Positions 16,709 to 24,096 of a stretch of DNA of 24,096 nucleotides are shown here, one piece after another. Below the pieces are notes generated by a model. That model was not told the origin of the DNA. It ran no database searches and saw only the letters and a program-made list of their open reading frames with translations. Both the position numbers and the translations under genes were made by a program. The DNA lies in IMG/VR virus record IMGVR_UViG_3300017731_000051, positions 1-24,096 of that record. The stretch is one strand, 5' to 3'. The DNA comes from a virus. Lineage: Duplodnaviria > Caudoviricetes. Within the stretch, counting starts at the first letter, position 1. Every line of letters starts with the position of its first letter.

Positions 16709-17641
16709 ATGGAAGAAAGACTACTCTCTTTACTAGAATCTATCTTAGGTAAAGCTAAGAAAACAAGTGGTGATAATTATGCGTTTTGGTCTCCTTTTGT
16801 GAACCACCATAAACCTAAATTAGAGATAAACATAAAGTTAAACTCTAATGCGGATAACCCTTGGCATTGTTGGATATCTGATGAAAAAGGTAAATCAATT
16901 CGTTCTCTATTTAGAAAACTTAAAGTATCTAAAGAAATTTGGGATGAACATAATTCTATTTTCAGTAGAAAGTATAGATACAGAACTGATGTAACTACTG
17001 AAGAATCTAAGGTAGTTCAATTACCTAAAGAATATATCCCATTATGGAAACCATCCACATCCGTTATAAGAAAGCATGCGTTGTCTTATTTAGATAGAAG
17101 GGGTGTAACCTCATTGGAGATAATAAAATACCAAATAGGGTATTGTGAAGAAGGCCCATACAAACATAAAATAATCGTACCATCATATGATGAAAATGGT
17201 ATGTTAAATTATTTTGTAGGTAGAAGTTTTTACGATAGTAGTTTTAAACATAAGAATCCAAATGTATCAAAGGATGTGGTAGGATTTGAGATGTTTGTCA
17301 ATTGGGATTTACCAATTATTATATGTGAGGGAGTATTTGATGCTATGGCAATCCGAATGAATAGTATTCCACTATTCGGTAAATCACCACAATCAGAATT
17401 ACAAAAAAGAATTATAAGTAAGGGTGTACGAAAAGTATATTTAGCATTAGATTCAGATGCATTTAAGAATTCACTTAGATTCGCAGAAGAATTAATGAAC
17501 AATGGTATTGATGTACACATTGTTGAGATGGGGGATTCAGACCCATCAGAATTAGGTTTTGAAAAAATTTATAATGAAATAGGAAATACGGAATTACTTT
17601 CTCTAAGGAAGTTAATGGAGTATAAGTTATTAGGTGTATGA
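16709..17641 (+). CDS. DnaG-type (TOPRIM) phage DNA primase
   Basis: Degenerate zinc-ribbon N-terminus, YLDRRG...IGYC...IIVP...YFVGR, TOPRIM motifs IIICEGVFDA and LALDSDA, DPSE; no helicase domain. Confidence 0.9.
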   Translation: MEERLLSLLESILGKAKKTSGDNYAFWSPFVNHHKPKLEINIKLNSNADNPWHCWISDEKGKSIRSLFRKLKVSKEIWDEHNSIFSRKYRYRTDVTTEESKVVQLPKEYIPLWKPSTSVIRKHALSYLDRRGVTSLEIIKYQIGYCEEGPYKHKIIVPSYDENGMLNYFVGRSFYDSSFKHKNPNVSKDVVGFEMFVNWDLPIIICEGVFDAMAIRMNSIPLFGKSPQSELQKRIISKGVRKVYLALDSDAFKNSLRFAEELMNNGIDVHIVEMGDSDPSELGFEKIYNEIGNTELLSLRKLMEYKLLGV

Positions 17642-20600
17642 GAAAATCGAAGAGAATTAAATATGATGGTACAATCAAAAAGATTTACCACATAGCTGAT
17701 GTACACATCAGAAATTTAAAAAGACATAAAGAATATAGGGAAGTATTTTCCCATCTTTATGATTATATTTCCACTACAAAGACGGATGATTCCATCATTG
17801 TATTATGTGGGGATATTGTTCACGCAAAAACGGATATGACTCCTGAGGTTATAGAAATGACTCAAACATTTCTAAAATCGTTATCGGATATGTTACCAAC
17901 TATTCTGATACCAGGTAATCACGATGCCAATCTAAACAATCCAAATAGATTAGATGCATTATCACCAATCGTAAACGCATTAAATCATTCAAATCTACAT
18001 TATCTGAAAGATGATGGAGTTTGGAAAATGGGTGGAATTTCCTTTTCACACTCATCTGTTTTTGGTGATGTAAAAGAGATTATCCCATCTGAAGAAGTGC
18101 ATGGTGATTATAAGATTGCTTTATATCATGCTCCTGTAGATAAGGTAAAAACAGAATACGGATTCCAATTAGAGAATAAAAACGTAAAGGTAGATTCATT
18201 CGATGGTTACGATTTAGTTCTATTGGGAGATATTCACGTACCAAATCAATCACTAAATGATGAGGGTACAATTAAGTATTGTGGTTCTACGATTATGCAG
18301 AATCATGCCGAAGCTAAATATCCTGAGCATGGTATTTTGGTATGGGATGTTGAAACCAAAGAATCAGAGTTCGTTCCGATTCATAATGATTATGGGTATG
18401 TAACCTTAGATGTTGATAATGGTAAGTTGATAGGAAACCCAACGATACCTAATAAACCTCGTATGAGAGTTAGGGTAAAAGATACAACTCAATCACAACT
18501 AAAGAAAATTATATCAGAAGTTAAGGTTGGTAGAAAAGTACAAGAACTAACGATTCAAAAAGTATTATCGGATAGAAAAGATTCTATTGGTGATTCAAAC
18601 ATCACATTACAAAACGTAAGAGATATAGGATTCCAAAATAAAATGATGGAAAAGTATCTATCGGATAAGTACATCATCGCTGATGAACAAATGGAAGTGA
18701 TACGAAACATCAATCAAGATATAAACAATAAGTTGGGTGGTGTTCACGGAATGAAAAACATTATATGGAAACCGAAAACATTTGAGTTCTCTAATATGTT
18801 TTCATATGGTACAAACAACACAATTGATTTTTCACAAATGAAAGGAGCATATGGAATCTTTGCCCCAAACGCTAGTGGTAAATCATCATTATGGGATGCT
18901 TTATCATTCTGTTTATTTGATAAGTGTTCTCGTACAAATAAAGCATTGGATGTATTAAACTATTCTAAATCAAAGTTTGATTGTAAGTTCAACTTTGAGA
19001 TTAATGGTATTGATTACTTTATCGAAAGGGTTGGTAAGAAATCACCTAAGAGGGGAACTGTAAAGGTTGATGTAAACTTCTATCGAATAAACGAAGATGG
19101 TTCTACTGAATCTTTAAATGGTGAAGAGAGAAGAGATACAAACTCTATAATTAGACAATACGTTGGTTCATATGAAGATTTTATTCTTACAGCAATGTCT
19201 AATCAATCTAATAGTGGTGGGTTCATTGAGAAATCACAAAGAGAAAAGAAAGAACTACTTGCTCAATTCTTAGATATGAATGTATTTGAAGAATTATATC
19301 AGATAGCTAATGATGAGATTAGAGAGTTAAGTGCTTTACTAAAAGATTATAAGAATCAAAACTTTACTGATAAATTAGTACAAGCAAAGGAAGATTTACA
19401 AAAGAATGAAAAGGTACTAATTAAACATAATGATAAACTATCTAAGTTAAAAGATAAAAGAAACCAATTAAGAGAAACCAAAGATGATTTAGTATCAGAT
19501 TTAAAACCTGTAGATGATACAATAATAGATACAAATTCTCTAAGAGAGCTTAAAAAAGAATTAAAACAACAGATAGTAGATAAATCAAAAGAATGTAATG
19601 GTTATGTTACAGATATTGAAACTTTAACTAAAGATTTAGATAAGGTTAATCAAACATATACATCATATGATTTAAACCTTTTAAAACAAAATCACTTAAA
19701 ACACCAATCCTATGTTAGTAGATTGGAAGAGATTACACATTCTTTAGATTCTATTAATACTGATATAGAACATAAAGAAGAACACTTAGAAGGAATCGGG
19801 CAGTTAACATTTGATGATAATTGTGAACATTGTGTAAAGAATCAAAATACACCATTTGCTAAAAAATCAAAAACATTATCTGATGATATCGAAAAGTTAA
19901 AACTAAAATCAAATAGATTAGGTGAAGAGATTATCGATATGAAATCAGAAATGTTTAAGTACGATGTTAGAGAAGTGTTGGTTACAGTTCAAGAACTGAA
20001 AACACAATCCGATGATTTAACTAATCAAATAGAAAAATTACAATTAACAAATAAATCTTGCAACTTAGAACTATCAGAGTTAAAAAGTAAATTAGATTCA
20101 ACAGAAAATAATATAAATAAATCATTAGAACAAAAAGCATCAGTAAAGCATAATACAAAGATACAACAAAAAATTGATAAAGCAAAGGATTCTTTAGATA
20201 ATTTAGATGTTGATATTTCTAACTTAAATGATGATGTAATTGATATCAATGGTGATATTCGTATTTCAGAGAATGTAATACAGACTGTAAATGATTCTAT
20301 TGATAAGTTAGAGTTTATGGAACAAAAGTATGAAGGGTATGAATATTACTTACAATGTGTTAGAAGAGATGGAATCCCATATGAATTAATCTCAGAGATA
20401 CTTCCTAAATTAGAAGTAGAGATTAATAATATACTACAGCCAATTGTAGATTTTCAAATCCTTCTAAATACAGATGGTAAGAATATTAATTCATATATTG
20501 CATATGGAACTGAAGAGTATTGGCCATTAGAATTGACTAGTGGAATGGAAAAGTTTATTTCATCAGTAGCTATCAGAACTGCGTTGGTAAACGTATCAAA

Positions 20601-20811
20601 TTTACCTCGTCCAAACTTTATCGCAATTGATGAAGGTTTTGGTTCGTTGGATACTGATAACTTTAATTCTTTATATTTATTATTTGATTACCTGAAGAAT
20701 CAATTTGATTTCATAGTTACAATATCTCATATTGATAAAACGAGGGATATGGTTGACCAAATTATAGATATTACAAAATTGGGTGGATTTTCATCAATTA
20801 GATATTTATAG
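17638..20811 (+). CDS. Fused Mre11/SbcD nuclease - Rad50/SbcC ATPase (gp47-gp46-like) recombination nuclease
   Basis: Phosphoesterase motifs ADVH, GDIVH, GNHD, YH, GDIH; then FSNMFSYG, Walker A APNASGKS (18862-18885), coiled coil with CEHC hook (19822-19833), signature SGME, Walker B FIAIDEGFGSLD and ISH. ATGA overlap with the primase stop. Confidence 0.95.
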   Translation: MRKSKRIKYDGTIKKIYHIADVHIRNLKRHKEYREVFSHLYDYISTTKTDDSIIVLCGDIVHAKTDMTPEVIEMTQTFLKSLSDMLPTILIPGNHDANLNNPNRLDALSPIVNALNHSNLHYLKDDGVWKMGGISFSHSSVFGDVKEIIPSEEVHGDYKIALYHAPVDKVKTEYGFQLENKNVKVDSFDGYDLVLLGDIHVPNQSLNDEGTIKYCGSTIMQNHAEAKYPEHGILVWDVETKESEFVPIHNDYGYVTLDVDNGKLIGNPTIPNKPRMRVRVKDTTQSQLKKIISEVKVGRKVQELTIQKVLSDRKDSIGDSNITLQNVRDIGFQNKMMEKYLSDKYIIADEQMEVIRNINQDINNKLGGVHGMKNIIWKPKTFEFSNMFSYGTNNTIDFSQMKGAYGIFAPNASGKSSLWDALSFCLFDKCSRTNKALDVLNYSKSKFDCKFNFEINGIDYFIERVGKKSPKRGTVKVDVNFYRINEDGSTESLNGEERRDTNSIIRQYVGSYEDFILTAMSNQSNSGGFIEKSQREKKELLAQFLDMNVFEELYQIANDEIRELSALLKDYKNQNFTDKLVQAKEDLQKNEKVLIKHNDKLSKLKDKRNQLRETKDDLVSDLKPVDDTIIDTNSLRELKKELKQQIVDKSKECNGYVTDIETLTKDLDKVNQTYTSYDLNLLKQNHLKHQSYVSRLEEITHSLDSINTDIEHKEEHLEGIGQLTFDDNCEHCVKNQNTPFAKKSKTLSDDIEKLKLKSNRLGEEIIDMKSEMFKYDVREVLVTVQELKTQSDDLTNQIEKLQLTNKSCNLELSELKSKLDSTENNINKSLEQKASVKHNTKIQQKIDKAKDSLDNLDVDISNLNDDVIDINGDIRISENVIQTVNDSIDKLEFMEQKYEGYEYYLQCVRRDGIPYELISEILPKLEVEINNILQPIVDFQILLNTDGKNINSYIAYGTEEYWPLELTSGMEKFISSVAIRTALVNVSNLPRPNFIAIDEGFGSLDTDNFNSLYLLFDYLKNQFDFIVTISHIDKTRDMVDQIIDITKLGGFSSIRYL
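20802..20810 (+). promoter_or_regulatory. Putative phage late promoter core ATATTTATA overlapping the Mre11-Rad50 stop
   Basis: Same core as 319-327 and 12281-12289, 31 nt upstream of the tail-fibre ATG, where structural genes resume. Confidence 0.5.
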
Positions 20812-20841
20812 TTATAGTAAAGAAATATATGGGAGTAATGA

Positions 20842-23800
20842 ATGTCCTTAGTTTATAAAAATTCGGTACGAGAAAACGTAACAGATATACAAACTTTTAT
20901 AGTTGATGAATCTGCTAAGTCTACAAAGTATTTTAGAGTTTCCGATGTACCACAGGTTTTACAGAAGGGTAAAAACCTTTTAAGAATTACTGCGCATCCA
21001 ACAAATTTGGTACCTGGTACTCAAGTTTATGTTGATGTTAGGGATTCTAATGGTAATGCTATATACTATGAAATACCCGATTATTTAGAAAACGATAAAA
21101 GTAGGGTTATTTCTATTTGGATTTATCACGATAAAGGTGATGATAATACTCCAAATGGTGAGGCTACAATTACATTAGCTGGTATTGCTAATGTTGATTT
21201 GAATGGAAACCCACTCCCATCAGTTCATAGAAATAAAATTAATCTAAAGTGGCAAACTACTGTTACTGTAGATAGGGAACGAGATAACACTTCTCAAATC
21301 ATATTCAAAGATGATATTTTACCAATTGTAGCAGTATCACAAAGTGTAGAACAATATGAGAACCAACCACAATCTAATGGTGAGTTAGTAAAAACAACCC
21401 AAACAGGTAAAGTTAAGTATTTGTTTAGTGGTACTACTCCAATAATCCAAACTAAGGATGGTACTTCGTTTAATGCTGAAATGGTTGGTGGGGATATAAT
21501 CCTTAATAACTTTACAGAGCCAGCTAGACCTGAATCTACTATTGAAAACCCATTAAGTTCTACATTCTTTAGTTCATCTATTAAAGAAATACTAAATGGT
21601 AATACGATAAAACCAACAACAAACTTTACATCATCGTTTCAAGATAGAGAAGATTTAGTACATACTTACGAATTTATAAAAGAAGCCGATTATTCAATAG
21701 AATATATTCAAAGTGGTTCTAATGTATCAACACAAAATAAAAGAAACTTTGCAAACCTAAGTTTCTCAAATGTAGACCCTATAACAGGTATTGTAAATAA
21801 AATAAAAGTATTACAAAAATCTGATGGATTACCAGGTGATTTTGAATTAGTAAACGAAGTAGATGTTCCATTCAGTTCATCGTTTGATATCAAAGTACCG
21901 ATTCCATCTAAAAACTTAAAAGACCCTAAGATACTAAAATTATTATATCTAAATTCTGAGGGTAGTATATCAAGAACAGAAACAATATCAGAACCATTCG
22001 TATTTGATGGTGATAACATTTATATTGGTGGTGAAGAAAACTTAATTAGTGGTTCTATCTTTATATCAAACACATTAGGAACTGGTATTGAGATTGGTGG
22101 TGCTAGTAGTGGATTTATACGTTCTGTTGGATATAGAGGTATTACATCAGCATCATTAGGAAAAGCACCAGGTGGATTCGTAATCTATAGTGGTTCGGGT
22201 AATCTTGTATTTGGTGAAGATACATTGGATGGTGTTGGTATGGAATTCGTTGGTGATAACGATGCAAGACACCTTATATTTACAACCGCAGGTGGTGGTT
22301 TATTAGATGTTAAAACCGATAAGTTCTTCATAGGTACAGAAAGTACACAATTTATAAGTGGTTCTGATGGTAACATAGAAATCAGTTCTTCAATATTCCA
22401 TTTAAACCCATCTGCTAATAGTGGAGCGGGTAGTTTGATTATTGGAGCAAACGCAACGATACTTGCTGATTTAACAGTTGATAATTTAAGAACTCCAGCT
22501 CTAATAGGTGGAAACGCCTCAACAAAAACAAACTCATCATCATCTATTGATTCAGATGGTTTCGCACGATTCGTATCAGCATCGATTGGTGGTTGGGATA
22601 TTACAACAAGCTCTATAGAAGGTGGAAACCTTATAATGAAACCAGAAGGTATCTTACAGACAAGAGATTTCGCTAGTGGGTTAAAGGGTTGGAAAATATC
22701 ATCTGAAGGAAACGGAACTGCAGAATTTGAAAATGTTAGAATTAGAGGTACATTAAGAACAACTACTTTTGAGAAAGAATCAGTAAACGCAGTTGGTGGA
22801 CAATTATGGGTAGCTAACTCAACAACAATCACAGGTTCTATAACAGCAACAGATACAACAATGTCTGTTAAGAATGCTAGTGGATTCTCACAAGGTGAAA
22901 TACTCCTTGTAAAGAAAGTAGATAATACTGGATTCCAAACAGAATATATTTTATTAGAATCAGCATCTATCGATGGTGATAATAGTGGTGAAGATGAAAC
23001 GCATGGTAGGATAATGGTTTCTCGAGCCTACGGAAGTGGGACACAGGGTAATTTTGTTGGTGATTTAGCATCAGCAGCCCAAGTGTATGAGGATGGGCAA
23101 GTTATTGTTTCGACTGGTAAGTTAAATACTGGTTATATCAAAATGAATGCAAACCCAAATGATACAGCTACACCATATATGGATATCGTTGAAAGAACGG
23201 GTAGTGGGTTATATGATGTAGCATTAAAAGCTAGATTAGGAGATTTGGGTGGTTTAGCAAATTCATCTTATGTATTTGGTGAATCAAATCCAGGTTTTGG
23301 TTTAGCAACAGATAATGTATTCTTACAAGGTGGTATAATCGCAAAAACAGGTTCCATTGGTGGAATCGAAATGCAAGATAATAAATTATTTACTGGGACA
23401 GGAACGCATGGTAACGCCAACACTGGGTTCTATGTAGATTCAGGTTCACAATTCTCATTAGGTGATAAATTAGTTTGGAATCCAGCAACAGAAGCATTAA
23501 CAATAAGAGGTTCGATATCCCTATCCGATGGAACAGATGTTGGAACGGCTCTTTCAGAAGTTACTACTCCAACGGGTTCTAGAACTGTATCAATTACAGC
23601 TGATAAATATGTTGTTACATTTGATGCAGCTGGAAACGAAGTACCTTCTAATCAAACTATAACATTATCAGCAACAACACAAAGTTTTGGTACTGCTACG
23701 GCATATTATGAATTCCTTAAAGATGGAACTCTTCAAGGTAGTAGAAGTGAAACAAGTACATTTAGTGTAAATACTACATTAGAGAAACCAACGGCTAGTA

Positions 23801-24096
23801 CCCCAAAAACATACGCAGTAAATGTGTTTACTCAATCAAGTGGTGGAACATCAGTTGCAGCTGATAACTTAACGTTATTCGGTATTCAACCAGGTTCTGA
23901 TGGAGCAGAAGGGCAAGATGCAGTAACGGCATTCTTAACTAATGAAGCCCATACTCTTCCATTAAGTTCATCAGGTGCAATTCAATCATACGCAGGTGCT
24001 AACACTCAAATAAAAGTATTTGAGGGTATTACAGATAAAACTTCAGCTTATACATTTACTGAAAGTTCACCATCACATATAACGGCAACCTCATCA
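20842..24096 (+). CDS. 3'-truncated large tail fibre / tail-tip-like protein (>1085 aa)
   Basis: Not in the ORF track. ATG at 20842 after GGGAG (20831-20835); frame 1 reads open to the window end (MSLVYKNSVRENVTDIQTF...). G/S/T-rich, with SIGGW.I repeats, GWKISSEGNGTAEFENVRIRG and PGSDGAEGQDAVTAFLTNEAH motifs typical of tail proteins. Confidence 0.85.
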   Translation, partial: MSLVYKNSVRENVTDIQTFIVDESAKSTKYFRVSDVPQVLQKGKNLLRITAHPTNLVPGTQVYVDVRDSNGNAIYYEIPDYLENDKSRVISIWIYHDKGDDNTPNGEATITLAGIANVDLNGNPLPSVHRNKINLKWQTTVTVDRERDNTSQIIFKDDILPIVAVSQSVEQYENQPQSNGELVKTTQTGKVKYLFSGTTPIIQTKDGTSFNAEMVGGDIILNNFTEPARPESTIENPLSSTFFSSSIKEILNGNTIKPTTNFTSSFQDREDLVHTYEFIKEADYSIEYIQSGSNVSTQNKRNFANLSFSNVDPITGIVNKIKVLQKSDGLPGDFELVNEVDVPFSSSFDIKVPIPSKNLKDPKILKLLYLNSEGSISRTETISEPFVFDGDNIYIGGEENLISGSIFISNTLGTGIEIGGASSGFIRSVGYRGITSASLGKAPGGFVIYSGSGNLVFGEDTLDGVGMEFVGDNDARHLIFTTAGGGLLDVKTDKFFIGTESTQFISGSDGNIEISSSIFHLNPSANSGAGSLIIGANATILADLTVDNLRTPALIGGNASTKTNSSSSIDSDGFARFVSASIGGWDITTSSIEGGNLIMKPEGILQTRDFASGLKGWKISSEGNGTAEFENVRIRGTLRTTTFEKESVNAVGGQLWVANSTTITGSITATDTTMSVKNASGFSQGEILLVKKVDNTGFQTEYILLESASIDGDNSGEDETHGRIMVSRAYGSGTQGNFVGDLASAAQVYEDGQVIVSTGKLNTGYIKMNANPNDTATPYMDIVERTGSGLYDVALKARLGDLGGLANSSYVFGESNPGFGLATDNVFLQGGIIAKTGSIGGIEMQDNKLFTGTGTHGNANTGFYVDSGSQFSLGDKLVWNPATEALTIRGSISLSDGTDVGTALSEVTTPTGSRTVSITADKYVVTFDAAGNEVPSNQTITLSATTQSFGTATAYYEFLKDGTLQGSRSETSTFSVNTTLEKPTASTPKTYAVNVFTQSSGGTSVAADNLTLFGIQPGSDGAEGQDAVTAFLTNEAHTLPLSSSGAIQSYAGANTQIKVFEGITDKTSAYTFTESSPSHITATSS

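Noticed and set aside
16253-20811. Anti-phage defence system (nuclease + TOPRIM + SMC-like ATPase, Wadjet/Gabija/Lamassu-like)
   Set aside because: Each gene matches a standard phage replication or recombination family (T7 endonuclease I, DnaG primase, SbcCD with zinc hook) rather than defence-system components.
814-20820. Stop-codon reassignment (TAG or TGA), as seen in some large phages
   Set aside because: Genes are full length in the standard code, and the TAG stops at 816, 1258, 12244 and 20811 fall at natural gene ends with further stops soon after.
3539-22832. All minus-strand ORFs in the track (63-215 aa, e.g. 22185..22832, 7509..7877, 11656..12018)
   Set aside because: They lie antisense to long, motif-bearing plus-strand genes and show no recognisable motifs; they are best explained as shadow ORFs.
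1-24096. tRNA genes, CRISPR arrays, introns, inteins, diversity-generating retroelement repeats
   Set aside because: Intergenic gaps are at most ~75 nt, and I saw no spaced repeats, intein terminal motifs, reverse transcriptase or long near-identical DNA repeat pairs by eye.

Overview
AT-rich segment of a large tailed-phage genome (myovirus-like, T4-type baseplate). All credible genes are on the + strand, densely packed, and read in the standard genetic code. Order: a partial Pro-rich ORF, a small hypothetical protein, gp25-like and gp6-like baseplate wedge genes, a DNRLRE-like virion protein carrying two inserted CBM-like repeats, a hypothetical protein, a 1600-aa baseplate protein (P2 gpI/T4 gp7-like motif, LamG-like domain, inserted cupredoxin-like domain), a highly charged helical protein, and three tail-collar/fibre-base-like proteins. 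A DNA-metabolism cassette follows (T7 endonuclease I-like resolvase, DnaG-type primase, single-chain Mre11/SbcD-Rad50/SbcC fusion), then a >1085-aa tail fibre/tip-like ORF that is missing from the supplied ORF track because it runs off the window. A repeated TATTTATA motif precedes the three structural blocks and a Bacteroidota-like promoter precedes the primase. The most notable signals are a [S/T]GS tripeptide concentrated in virion proteins, an intact type-1-copper-like ligand set in a baseplate protein, SD-like sites on structural genes of a possible Bacteroidota phage, and the Mre11-Rad50 fusion. No tRNA, rRNA, CRISPR array or mobile element was seen. All assignments come from motif recognition by eye; no searches were run.
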